Positions 14,379 through 23,713 are shown, counted from the first letter of the stretch. The stretch: DNA of 32,000 nucleotides from Xylanibacter ruminicola 23 (GCF_000025925.1 NC_014033.1:300001-332000), one strand, 5' to 3'. Notes: generated from the letters alone by a model not told the origin. Made by a program: numbers and translations.

Positions 14379-16814
14379 TTACTTAACTATCCATTCAAAC
14401 ACTCCTGTCGAATTATCGTTAGGTAATACAACCTCAAGTCGAAGTGCTTTGGTTGTAACAGGCTCAAAGTTTACTGTGCATGCTGTACCTTTATCGGTGG
14501 GGTATCCATCGGCGCCTGTTACTGGAATCCAATTGCCTTGGGTGTCCTGATACAGGATGCGCCACGACTGCGGTACGCGGCATCCGCCCCAAGGACCATC
14601 GTCGAACCAATAAACGGTGGCACTCTGTACGGTAGCTACTTCGGGGAATTCGTAACCTAACCATTCGGTACTGCCATTCTTAGGCCACCAGTGGGTATAG
14701 GGTACGCTACGGTCGTTCTCATCCTTTGGCACCAGGCGGTCGTTGATGGCTGTAAGGGCTGGCATTTTTTCGGTAGAGCTACTGATCTTACTCTCACTGG
14801 CCAGTGTGGCTGGCTGCGATGGATTAGTAGCATTCAGGTCCTGAGGCAACCAAACACGCATTTTTCCACTACCACGATGACACCAGGCATAGTAGGGGAT
14901 GAGTGTCAGTTTGTGGTCGGTAGTCTGCAGTTTCCCCTGCTTATCGAAACTTAGCGTCTGAGCATCGGTGACGATGGTCTGTACGGTAGTTCCTGCAATC
15001 TCGGTCTTACCCAGACTGAACTCTGGATTCTGATTCATCAGGGCGCCCATGATATCAAAGGTGTTGTCAGGGTGCTCGGCACAATAAACCAGCGGGCCGC
15101 GCTCTACGCTAATCTTACCACGATCGGCCTCTACCTTGTTGTTGGCACGTACAGTGCGAGTCTCCATATCGAAGTGAATCTGCACCTTGTCGCCTTTCTT
15201 CCACTTGCGATTGATGGTATAATAGCCATCCTCTGTTACCTTTGCTGCTGCAGTCTGGCCATTCACGGTGATGGTATAGCCCAGACGCTTGCCATCAGTA
15301 TATTGATAGAGGTTAGAGGGCACCACCTGGCTGCGCACCCAACCTGGAATACGGATTTTCATGGCAAACTGGCCTGCCGCATTCTGGTCAACATTTACAG
15401 TGATATCACCATTCCAAGGGTATGCAGTTGTCTGACTCAAACCAACCTTCTTGCCTGCAACAGTCAGGTTGCTCTTGTTAGAGAGGAACAGGTTGACATA
15501 TACATTGCGATCCTTAACGGCATAGATATAACCGGGCAGCGAGGGGATGAAGCGACAGATGTTGCTGGGGCAGCAGGCGCAGCCGAACCAAGCCTGACGC
15601 TGGTGCTGTCCCATCGACTCCAGTGGGTTGGGGTAGAAGAAGCCATTGCCTTCGAGCGATACGCCGCTGATGAGTCCATTGTAGAGTGTGCGCTCCAATA
15701 CATCGTAGTACTTGGATTCGCCATGCAACAGGAACAGACGATAGTTCACATACACATTGCCGATGGCAGCGCAAGTCTCGCAGTAGGCACTCATGTTGGG
15801 CAGTTCGTAGTTCTTGCCAAAGGCCTCGCCATTATTAGTGGCACCGATGCCACCAGTAATGTAGAGTTTCTTGGTAACGATGTTGTCCCAGATGGCATCG
15901 ATGGCCTTGATGTAATCTTTATCGCCAGTCAGCGCTGCTACATCGGCCATACCTGCATACATATAGGCTGCACGAACGGCATGACCTACGGCCTCGTCCT
16001 GTTCGATCACAGGTTTATGAGCCTGAGAGTAATCATGTACGATAGTGGTCTTGCCGCGATAGTCGAGGAAGAATTTGGCCTCGTCGAGATATTTTTTGTT
16101 GCCAGTAACAAGATAAAGCTTTGCCAGTGCCATCTCTGCTATCTGATGACCAGGTACTACACAAGCCTGACCAGGGTTGGGTCCCACCTCCTTGCATACC
16201 ACATCGGCATAACGGATAGCTATATCAAGGAACTTTCTTGAACCTGTGGCCTGATAGTGAGCGATTGCCCCCTCAACCATGTGGCCGAGGTTATAAAGCT
16301 CGTGGCTCAGGTCCTCTTCCTTCACCCAGCGCTTGTCGCCAGCCCAGTGGTGCGGGTCGGCAGGATTCTGTGTGCGGGCAGTATAGAGATAGCCGTCAGG
16401 CTCCTGTGCCGAGGCGATGACATCGAGTACCGAATCAATGTACTGTTTCAGTTTCTTGTCAGGATAGGTCTGCAAGATGTAACTGGCACCCTCAATAGTC
16501 TTATAGGGGTCGGTATCGTCGAACGAGTAGCCCACACCGTTCACCTTGAATACCTTTGATGGGTCTTTCAGGTGCTGGGCTGCATTCGAGAAGTTGGTGT
16601 AACGTCCAGTCTCCTCGCATTTCGCGAAGGCCAAGGGGATGGTTACTTTACGACTGGCTTCCAATCGTTGTCCCCAGAAGGTGCCAGGTGTTACTTTTAC
16701 TGCGGTAAAGGGTACAGGACTGATGGGATAACCATGAGTCGCTGTCTGTTTTTTCTGTGCGCTAATGGGGAGCATGATGGCTACACCCAGCGCAATAGTC
16801 ATAAGTTTCTTCAT
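14379..16814 (-). CDS. Glycoside hydrolase family 127 (beta-L-arabinofuranosidase-like, DUF1680) with a discoidin-like C-terminal beta-sandwich domain; copy 1
   Basis: 811 aa with a signal peptide. Motifs seen: FDDTDPYKTIEGASY, HELYNLGHMVEGA, AYCETCAAIGN and WFGCACCPSNICRF, which are the Cys-rich Zn/nucleophile motifs. The C-terminal YWFDD...FEWIVK module resembles the F5/8 type C domain. Confidence 0.85.
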   Translation of the reverse strand: MKKLMTIALGVAIMLPISAQKKQTATHGYPISPVPFTAVKVTPGTFWGQRLEASRKVTIPLAFAKCEETGRYTNFSNAAQHLKDPSKVFKVNGVGYSFDDTDPYKTIEGASYILQTYPDKKLKQYIDSVLDVIASAQEPDGYLYTARTQNPADPHHWAGDKRWVKEEDLSHELYNLGHMVEGAIAHYQATGSRKFLDIAIRYADVVCKEVGPNPGQACVVPGHQIAEMALAKLYLVTGNKKYLDEAKFFLDYRGKTTIVHDYSQAHKPVIEQDEAVGHAVRAAYMYAGMADVAALTGDKDYIKAIDAIWDNIVTKKLYITGGIGATNNGEAFGKNYELPNMSAYCETCAAIGNVYVNYRLFLLHGESKYYDVLERTLYNGLISGVSLEGNGFFYPNPLESMGQHQRQAWFGCACCPSNICRFIPSLPGYIYAVKDRNVYVNLFLSNKSNLTVAGKKVGLSQTTAYPWNGDITVNVDQNAAGQFAMKIRIPGWVRSQVVPSNLYQYTDGKRLGYTITVNGQTAAAKVTEDGYYTINRKWKKGDKVQIHFDMETRTVRANNKVEADRGKISVERGPLVYCAEHPDNTFDIMGALMNQNPEFSLGKTEIAGTTVQTIVTDAQTLSFDKQGKLQTTDHKLTLIPYYAWCHRGSGKMRVWLPQDLNATNPSQPATLASESKISSSTEKMPALTAINDRLVPKDENDRSVPYTHWWPKNGSTEWLGYEFPEVATVQSATVYWFDDGPWGGCRVPQSWRILYQDTQGNWIPVTGADGYPTDKGTACTVNFEPVTTKALRLEVVLPNDNSTGVFEWIVK

Positions 16815-16823
16815 AAATTATCT

Positions 16824-16851
16824 ATTGTCAATTATCAATTATCACGTTGTC
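16824..16851. repeat. Heptamer array ATTGTCA, ATTATCA, ATTATCA, (CGTTGTC). It is the reverse complement of the TTGATAA/TTGACAA array in the AraC gene.
   Basis: Positions 16824-16844 are a 21-nt exact reverse-complement match to 7938-7958. The array contains the GH43 stop codon (16828-16830) and ends 10 nt from the GH127 ATG. Confidence 0.9.
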
Positions 16852-19140
16852 CCAAAGTTTCAGACTGTGCAGATAGCCGCTAAACAGCCATTCACGTTCG
16901 GCGTTTCGGCCTAGAGTAACATACTGCGAAGGCTTCAGTAGCAGTTGGATGTCTTTACGGCTGATAACTTTTCCATTAATGCTGACAGTTTCGATACGTC
17001 CGTCGAAGGTCACGATGATGTGTTGCCATTCGCCTTCCAGCTGTTTGATATCTTTGTAGCCAGCATCCTCGTACCATCCATAGTGGTTCACTACGCCGCA
17101 ACGAGGCTCTGTGCCGCTAATCAGCATAATCTTCTCTAGTTCGTCGTGAGTGGTGGTAAAATCAGCAACACACTCGTTCATGGCCATTTGGGGATTCAGC
17201 ACCCAAGCCTCAAGGGTATAAGGTGCATTATCGCGCATAGTGGCAGGCAGGGCAAACGACGACTGATACACCTGTAGCGAGTCGAATCGTAGGGCTTTCT
17301 TGCCCTTGATTTCTTCAACAATACAAGGTGCTGTCAGCGTTTCAAAATAGCCATCCACGCCATGATTCTCAATATAGGAAATGGTGTCGCCTGTCAGGAA
17401 ATCATCGGCTGTGATGCTAACAATCAGACCTTTCTTCTGATTATCGGCCACTGGCAGGCGTACGATGTCGTTTTGGGCATCGTATGCTTTCTCGGCCTCG
17501 GCCTGCTGCCAGCTGTAGTGGCGCAGATTGGTGAGGGTGAGTGGCTCTTTATCGGCCTTGATGGTTTGACAGTAAACAGCACTCTTAAATTCCAGTTCGG
17601 TGCCAGGCTGTAGTACCAATATATCCTTGTCCTCCTGATGCTGACGGAATACGGAGCCCGTTTTTAACTTAAAACTACCTCCAAGCATACCTTCGTTATT
17701 TAGCCACTCGCGCCCGTTCCAGTCGGCAGGCGTCAGGCCGAGCCATTGCTGGGGTAAGGCATCTTCAATCTCAGGATAAACCTTGATGTTCCAGATGGCA
17801 CCACCAAAGCCGTTCTTCTGTCCGCCAAGATAGGTCAGTCGCACATAGCGGGCCTTAGCGTTACCAAAATCTACCATCGGACTGCCCGCCAAGCGGTTCT
17901 GACTCTTATCAGCAAACACCTTCCAGTTATGTCCGTCGGTAGATGTTTCTATCAGATACTGGTAGAATTGTGTACCATATTCAAACTGCGTCATGATGGT
18001 TTTGATTTTCTGCGTCTTGCCCAAATCAATCTTCAGCCATTCGCTACCTGTGCCTTTGGGGCGCCAGAGTGTGCCGTTATTGTCATCCACAGCATAGGAT
18101 GGCTTAAAGTCATCATCGTAATACGATGAAGCCTCGACCTTGCAATCTAAGGCCAGATTTCTTGAACGTATAACTGATGGTGCCAACAAGCCAATGCCAT
18201 CGTGAGTAGGGGTAATTGTTTTGATGCGTCCGTCGGGCAGGAATTCCATCTTATCGATGCATACCTGACGATGAAAACCGCGATTGGAGTGCGGGTTGTC
18301 GTGGCGGTGATAAACAATGTAGTAGTTATCGCCCTCCTGCAATACGCTATGATGACCTGGACCATGAATGGTACCATCGGCATTGGTCTCGAGTATGCAT
18401 CCTTGGTATTTATAAGGACCAAGCGGCTTATCGCTGGTGGCGTACTGCACACGATAGGTATGATCGTGGCAGGAACCCGATGAGTACATGAAGTAGTACA
18501 CGCCATTGCGCTTTAATACAAATGGGGCTTCAAAGAAATCAGTTACCTCTGTGTTTGGAATCAATCGTGTCTCAGAGAAACTCTTCTTATCGTCATTCAA
18601 CTTGCCTGCACCACAGCCAAAACCTTTGTATATGCCCCAAGTGCCCCAGTACATATACACGCTACCATCATCATCCACAAAGGTCTGTCCGTCGAGTGTG
18701 ATTGCGTTGGTTACAAAGCGGTCGGGCACCAGTACGGCATCGCTCTTGCCAAGGACGTTCTTCCATGGTCCGCGAGGCGTATCGCTTACACCCATGTGCA
18801 ACTGGCAGGGCTGACAATACACCATGTAATACTTGCCATCCTTGGCATCGTGCATCACGTCGGGCGCCCAGATCCAGTGACTGTCGGGCCAGTTCATCGG
18901 CATCAGAGTCCAGTTGCCGAAGTCTTTACTTGTCCACACCTGAGCTGGTCCGAATCCTGCGCCGCTACCATCTGTGGTGGCATATATATAATAGGTGTCG
19001 CCGAACTTTTTTACAGTAGGATCGGCAAAGTATCCTGGCAATATGGGATTGCCTGTAGATGGGGCATTATAGGCTTTCTGTTGTGCGCTAATACTAAGCG
19101 TACAACAGGCAAGTGCCCCTATAGTCAGTAGTTTCTTCAT
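16828..19140 (-). CDS. Glycoside hydrolase family 43 protein with central F5/8 type C (discoidin) and C-terminal LamG/concanavalin-like domains
   Basis: 770 aa with a signal peptide. The GH43 motifs are NPILPGYFADPTV, WAPDV and FEAPFVLK. The discoidin-like region reads GTLWRPKGTGSEWLKIDLG...IWNIKVY. The C-terminal LamG-like region reads LEAWVLNP...FSGYLHSLKLW. Confidence 0.85.
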   Translation of the reverse strand: MKKLLTIGALACCTLSISAQQKAYNAPSTGNPILPGYFADPTVKKFGDTYYIYATTDGSGAGFGPAQVWTSKDFGNWTLMPMNWPDSHWIWAPDVMHDAKDGKYYMVYCQPCQLHMGVSDTPRGPWKNVLGKSDAVLVPDRFVTNAITLDGQTFVDDDGSVYMYWGTWGIYKGFGCGAGKLNDDKKSFSETRLIPNTEVTDFFEAPFVLKRNGVYYFMYSSGSCHDHTYRVQYATSDKPLGPYKYQGCILETNADGTIHGPGHHSVLQEGDNYYIVYHRHDNPHSNRGFHRQVCIDKMEFLPDGRIKTITPTHDGIGLLAPSVIRSRNLALDCKVEASSYYDDDFKPSYAVDDNNGTLWRPKGTGSEWLKIDLGKTQKIKTIMTQFEYGTQFYQYLIETSTDGHNWKVFADKSQNRLAGSPMVDFGNAKARYVRLTYLGGQKNGFGGAIWNIKVYPEIEDALPQQWLGLTPADWNGREWLNNEGMLGGSFKLKTGSVFRQHQEDKDILVLQPGTELEFKSAVYCQTIKADKEPLTLTNLRHYSWQQAEAEKAYDAQNDIVRLPVADNQKKGLIVSITADDFLTGDTISYIENHGVDGYFETLTAPCIVEEIKGKKALRFDSLQVYQSSFALPATMRDNAPYTLEAWVLNPQMAMNECVADFTTTHDELEKIMLISGTEPRCGVVNHYGWYEDAGYKDIKQLEGEWQHIIVTFDGRIETVSINGKVISRKDIQLLLKPSQYVTLGRNAEREWLFSGYLHSLKLWDNVIIDN

Positions 19141-19149
19141 ATCTCGTTT

Positions 19150-21087
19150 TTACCTTTTTATGAGTTTCACAACGAAGCCTCCGCCGCTGGCCATTCTGAT
19201 GTTGAGTTTGTCGTTGGTGGAGAGTGTTTTTGATTCTATGCGATAGTCTTCGGCATTGTGGTTTGCGTTGACTCCATCTGTAACGATTGTAGCCTGATAT
19301 GACTCGCCAGGACGTAGAAAGTCGAGAGATATATCGACTTTCCTTTCGTCCCAGTTCGTTTGTCCGCCTACATACCAGTCGCTACCGTTGCGGCGGGCTG
19401 TTATCATATAACTACTAATATATCCTGAAAGGATTCTTGTTTCGTCCCATGTGTCAGGAATCGATGTGATGATGTCTACGCACTCCTGTTCGCGCTCATA
19501 GTTGGTTGGCGCATCGCAGAGCATGGTGAATGGTGAGTCGTGCATTACGTAGCAGGCCAACTGATGGCATCGTGTACCCATCGAAACAGGGTTCTGATAG
19601 CACTCCACCCAGTTGTGCTTGGTGCCGTTGCGCATGGCACCAGGAGTAAAGTCTACACTTCCTGCCATCATACGGATAAATGGGAATGTTACGTCGTAGC
19701 GCGGCATATCGGTTTCCTTCTTGGCCCAGCGGGCTTCCTCCATACCAAACACGCCTTCGTAGTTCAGTATGTTGGGATAAGTGCGGTTCATGCCTGTTGG
19801 GGTGTAGAATCCGTGGTAATCTACAAACAACTTGTATTCTGCGCAAGTCTTTGCCAGGCGTTCTGCCATTTCTACAGCCGTCTGGTCGTTGCGGTCCAGA
19901 AAGTCTATCTTCCAACCAGCTATGCCCATCTTGGTATATTTTTCGCAAGCCTCTCGCAGATGTTCGTCGAGCACGTTGAATACAGTCCAAAGCACTATGT
20001 TTACGCCCTTCTTCTTGCCATAATCTATCAGCTGTTGCAGATCGATGGCGGCAATTGGATTCATTATGTCTGCTTTCGAAGAGTCGTACCAACCTTCGTC
20101 GAGCACCACGTATGGGATATGATTTTTGGCGGCAAAGTCTATATAATATAGATAGGTACGCGTGTTGATGCCTGCCTCGAAGTCGACACCTTTTAGATTC
20201 CAGTCGTTCCACCAGTCCCATGCCACTTTGCCAGGACGTATCCAACTGGTATCGCCAATCTGATTAGGTGTGGCGAGGGCATAAACCAGGTTGTTTACTG
20301 GCATCTCTGTATCCTTTTCGGTGATTGCCATCACTCGCCAAGGGTAAGTCCTGGCGCCTGTCGATTTTGCGATATAATCCTCTGTATCAGCTACATAGGT
20401 CATGCCTCGCCATGGGTAGCGGTCCAGAGTCTTGGGATATTTTGCAAAGGCGGCTCTCAGTTTTAGCCCGTCGGCTTTCATGAACATGCCTGGATAGGCG
20501 CGCAGGTCGCTCTCGAGTATTGTTACTTTTACTCCGCCGCTCTGGATAGTGGCTGGCAGAAATATGTATTTATCCTTGGCCTTACTTAGCAGCGTTTCGT
20601 CGTAGAAGTTCTGAAAGGCCATAGCGAAGGGCTTTTCGTCGTTGGTAGAGTAGGCTAGCCAGGCTTTGCTGTCTTCAGGGAAACAGAAATCGGCCGTCTC
20701 GTCGAAGATGACCGTCTGCTTCTTGTTGGTCGTACAGAATCGATAGGCTACCCCTTCATCGTAGGCTCTTATCTGCAGACTAAATCCATCGTTAAGTTTA
20801 ACATCCATCTGATTGCCTGCGATACGAATCTCCTTTTGCCTGTAAAACGGCGCCTGAATCGTTTCGTTGATGTTTTTGGATTTAACAGAAGCAATTTTTA
20901 ATCCATCGCGAATGCTTGCCTTTACCGTTACCACTTGCTTTCCATCATGTGAAACTGTGATATTAAGTCCATCATCCACCGTCGCCACATTCTTTCCGTT
21001 GGGCGAAGTTACGATGTGGTTCTTGGCTTGTAGCGAACCACATATTATTAATAAGGTGGCGAATGATAAGATACGATTCATCTTCAT
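19150..21087 (-). CDS. Glycoside hydrolase family 97 (alpha-glucosidase / alpha-galactosidase family)
   Basis: 645 aa with a signal peptide. The N-terminus is SusB-like (SPNGKNVATVDDGLNITVSHDGKQV). Motifs seen: VVLDEGWY, GWKIDFLDRNDQ and VDYHGFYTPTGMNRTYPNILNYEGVFGMEE. The anomeric mechanism and specificity were not determined. Confidence 0.8.
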   Translation of the reverse strand: MKMNRILSFATLLIICGSLQAKNHIVTSPNGKNVATVDDGLNITVSHDGKQVVTVKASIRDGLKIASVKSKNINETIQAPFYRQKEIRIAGNQMDVKLNDGFSLQIRAYDEGVAYRFCTTNKKQTVIFDETADFCFPEDSKAWLAYSTNDEKPFAMAFQNFYDETLLSKAKDKYIFLPATIQSGGVKVTILESDLRAYPGMFMKADGLKLRAAFAKYPKTLDRYPWRGMTYVADTEDYIAKSTGARTYPWRVMAITEKDTEMPVNNLVYALATPNQIGDTSWIRPGKVAWDWWNDWNLKGVDFEAGINTRTYLYYIDFAAKNHIPYVVLDEGWYDSSKADIMNPIAAIDLQQLIDYGKKKGVNIVLWTVFNVLDEHLREACEKYTKMGIAGWKIDFLDRNDQTAVEMAERLAKTCAEYKLFVDYHGFYTPTGMNRTYPNILNYEGVFGMEEARWAKKETDMPRYDVTFPFIRMMAGSVDFTPGAMRNGTKHNWVECYQNPVSMGTRCHQLACYVMHDSPFTMLCDAPTNYEREQECVDIITSIPDTWDETRILSGYISSYMITARRNGSDWYVGGQTNWDERKVDISLDFLRPGESYQATIVTDGVNANHNAEDYRIESKTLSTNDKLNIRMASGGGFVVKLIKR

Positions 21088-21114
21088 TTTTCGTTAGAGT
21101 TTTGATTTCAGGTG

Positions 21115-21122
21115 CAAAGATA
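21115..21122 (-). promoter_or_regulatory. Candidate -7 box (TATCTTTG) for the GH97-GH43-GH127 operon
   Basis: The plus strand reads CAAAGATA, 27 nt upstream of the ATG at 21087. Confidence 0.5.
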
Positions 21123-21171
21123 GTAACTTTTGGCAAAACAGAATAAAAATATCGTCTAATCTCAATGTAAA

Positions 21172-21233
21172 AATAGTCCAAAAGCCCCCATTTTATCCAT
21201 ATTTAGACTATTTTGTTAGTATCTTGGACTATT
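21172..21233. promoter_or_regulatory. Three copies of a 10-mer in the divergent PUL control region: AATAGTCCAA (21172-81, inverted), TTAGACTATT (21203-12) and TTGGACTATT (21224-33). They are a candidate operator.
   Basis: Read directly. The outer pair forms a perfect 10-bp inverted repeat. The two direct copies are spaced 21 bp start to start. Confidence 0.4.
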
Positions 21234-21310
21234 CTTTCATCCGTTTCCGTTGTTTTTTTGTTATTTTGCCGTCGAAACTCTAACGATTACTAACAATAAA
21301 TAAGTATAAT

Positions 21311-23713
21311 ATGAACAAGCTATTGTTATCCGTTATCGGGGTTGCAAGCATCAGTCTTTCGACTGTAGCTCAGACACAGATCCAAGAGGTGCCTTTCACG
21401 CAGGTACATCTTAATGATGGTTTCTGGTTGCCTCGTATCGAGATCAATCGTACCGTCAGCATCCCTTCTGCCTTTCATGAGTGTGAGGTGAATGGACGTT
21501 TCGACAACTTTGCCATCGCCGCTGGACTCATCAAGGGCGAGCACAAAGGTGACTTCTCGTTCGACGATACCGACCCTTACAAGGTTATCGAAGGTGCCAG
21601 CTACTCACTCGCTGTACACTACGATGCCAAACTAGATCATTATCTTGACTCAGTTATCAACATCATCGCCAAGGCTCAGGAACCAGATGGTTACCTGACT
21701 ACGTGTGTTACTAATAAATGTACGCGCCTGAGTGGATGGTGGGGAACCCACAAGTGGGAGAAGATTAACTCGCACGAGCTCTACAACTCAGGTCACCTTA
21801 TCGAGAGTGCCGTAGCCCACTATCGTGCTACCGGCAAGAGGACCTTCTTGAATGTGGCCATCAAGAATGCCGACTTGGTTTGCAAGACGTTTGGACCAAA
21901 CGAAGGTCAGATTCATCGTCCAGGCGGACATCCCATCATCGAGATGGCACTCTGTAAGCTGTATAAGGTAACTGGCAACAAGAAATATCTGGAAGGCGCC
22001 AAGTATTTTGTGGACGAGACGGGGCGTTGTACCGATGGTCATCGCCCTTCAGAGTATTCGCAGGACCACATGCCTATCCTGCAGCAGCAGGAGATTGTAG
22101 GTCATGCCGTGCGTGCAGGCTATCTGTACAGTGGTGTGGCCGATGTGGCAGCACTCACTGGCGACAAGGCTTATCAGGAGGCCCTGGAGCGTATCTGGGA
22201 GAACATGTCGTCGAAGAAACTCTTCATCACGGGCGGTATCGGCAGTCGTCCGCAGGGCGAGGGCTTCGGCCCCGACTACGAGCTGAACAACCATACCGCC
22301 TACTGCGAGACCTGTGCAGCCATCGCCAACGTGTACTGGAACTACCGCATGTTCCTCGCTACGGGCGAGTCGAAGTATATCGACGTGTGCGAGCGTGCCT
22401 TATATAATAATGTGTTGAGCGGCGTCTCACTCTCTGGCGACAAGTTCTTCTACGACAACCCACTGGAGAGCGACGGCGAGCACGAGCGCCAGAAGTGGTT
22501 CGGTTGCGCCTGCTGTCCAGGTAACATCACGCGGTTCGTGGCCTCCGTGCCTGGCTATATCTATGCCCGTCAGGGTAAGGACATCTTCGTGAACCTCTAT
22601 GCCCAGGGCAAGGCCAAGATCGGCAACATCGAACTGGAGCAGACCACCGACTATCCCTGGGACGGCAAGATCCGTATCAAGGTGACGAAGGGCAGCGGCA
22701 AGTTCGCCATCAAGCTCCGTGTCCCCTCATGGCTGAAGACGTCGCCCACGAACAACGACCTCTATCAGTATCAGGACAAGGCCAAGACCTACAGCGTCAG
22801 CGTGAACGGCAAGGCGCTCTATCCAGAGAACCGCGACTATATCGAGATCTCGCGCAGTTGGAAGAAGGGCGACACCATCGAGCTCGACTTCCCGATGGAC
22901 GTGCGCCGTATCGTGGCTAACGACAATGCCGAGGACGATCGCGGCAAGGTGGCCTTCGAGCGTGGTCCTATCGTGTTCTGCCTCGAAGGTGCAGACCAGA
23001 CCGACCACAAGGTCTTCAACAAGTATATCCTGGACAGTGCGCCCGTCAGCGCCCATTTCGAGCAGGACCTGCTCAACGGCGTGATGGTGCTCGAAGGCTC
23101 GGCCAAGGAGCTCCAGCAGGACGGCGAGGTGAAGGACGTGAAGTTCCGCGCCATCCCTTACTCCACCTGGAACAACCGGGGAAGCGAGCAGATGGAGGTG
23201 TGGATTGCCAACACCCCGATGGCAGCCGTCGCCACCCCGTTGCCCACGATTGCCTCGAAGGCCCAGACCTTCTGCAACCGCGGTCCTATCCAGAACGATG
23301 CCCCAGAGACGGCCCCCGTCGATTCCTGGGCTGGCGGCGCCAACGACCAGTGGGAGCCCAAGCGTTCCTCCGACACCTCGAAGCCCTACCACTACTGGTG
23401 GCTGAAGCAGGGCACGACAGAAGCCATCACCTATCAGTTCGACCAGGCATACGAGGTATCGAACGTACAGGTGTATTGGCTCGACTTCGACCACTATGAC
23501 GGCAACTTCCGCACGCCCGAGTCGTGGAGCCTCTACTACAAGGACGCCAAGGGCGAGTGGCAGGAGGTCGAGGGTCACACGGCCTATACCGTGCGCAAGG
23601 ACTGCTACAACAGTGTCGATTTCACGCCCGTGAAGACGACGGGGCTGAAGATTCTCGCCAAGCTCCAGAAGGGCGAGTCGGGCGGTGTCCTCGAATGGAA
23701 AGTGAACAAATAA
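21311..23713 (+). CDS. Glycoside hydrolase family 127 (beta-L-arabinofuranosidase-like) with a discoidin-like C-terminal domain; copy 2
   Basis: 800 aa with a signal peptide. It carries the same motif set as copy 1: FDDTDPYKVIEGASY, HELYNSGHLIESA, AYCETCAAIAN and WFGCACCPGNITRF. The C-terminal module reads YWLDFD...LEWKVNK. Confidence 0.85.
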   Translation: MNKLLLSVIGVASISLSTVAQTQIQEVPFTQVHLNDGFWLPRIEINRTVSIPSAFHECEVNGRFDNFAIAAGLIKGEHKGDFSFDDTDPYKVIEGASYSLAVHYDAKLDHYLDSVINIIAKAQEPDGYLTTCVTNKCTRLSGWWGTHKWEKINSHELYNSGHLIESAVAHYRATGKRTFLNVAIKNADLVCKTFGPNEGQIHRPGGHPIIEMALCKLYKVTGNKKYLEGAKYFVDETGRCTDGHRPSEYSQDHMPILQQQEIVGHAVRAGYLYSGVADVAALTGDKAYQEALERIWENMSSKKLFITGGIGSRPQGEGFGPDYELNNHTAYCETCAAIANVYWNYRMFLATGESKYIDVCERALYNNVLSGVSLSGDKFFYDNPLESDGEHERQKWFGCACCPGNITRFVASVPGYIYARQGKDIFVNLYAQGKAKIGNIELEQTTDYPWDGKIRIKVTKGSGKFAIKLRVPSWLKTSPTNNDLYQYQDKAKTYSVSVNGKALYPENRDYIEISRSWKKGDTIELDFPMDVRRIVANDNAEDDRGKVAFERGPIVFCLEGADQTDHKVFNKYILDSAPVSAHFEQDLLNGVMVLEGSAKELQQDGEVKDVKFRAIPYSTWNNRGSEQMEVWIANTPMAAVATPLPTIASKAQTFCNRGPIQNDAPETAPVDSWAGGANDQWEPKRSSDTSKPYHYWWLKQGTTEAITYQFDQAYEVSNVQVYWLDFDHYDGNFRTPESWSLYYKDAKGEWQEVEGHTAYTVRKDCYNSVDFTPVKTTGLKILAKLQKGESGGVLEWKVNK

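Noticed and set aside
15072-16241. 389-aa plus-strand ORF
   Set aside because: It is antisense to GH127 copy 1 and has no recognisable domain. This is typical of a GC3-rich coding region.
85-16851. Possibility that the short tandem arrays are CRISPR arrays
   Set aside because: The units are 7-16 bp long and directly abutting, with no spacers. The arrays total at most 76 bp, and no cas genes are present.
19496-20245. 249-aa minus-strand ORF in another frame inside GH97, and a 203-aa plus-strand ORF at 19540-20151
   Set aside because: The translations are Arg-rich and low-complexity. The GH97 frame carries the family motifs across this interval.
21181-21310. -7 promoter box for the plus-strand PUL operon
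   Set aside because: Only near-matches exist (for example TATTTTG, which is one base short of TAnnTTTG), so I did not call a promoter here.
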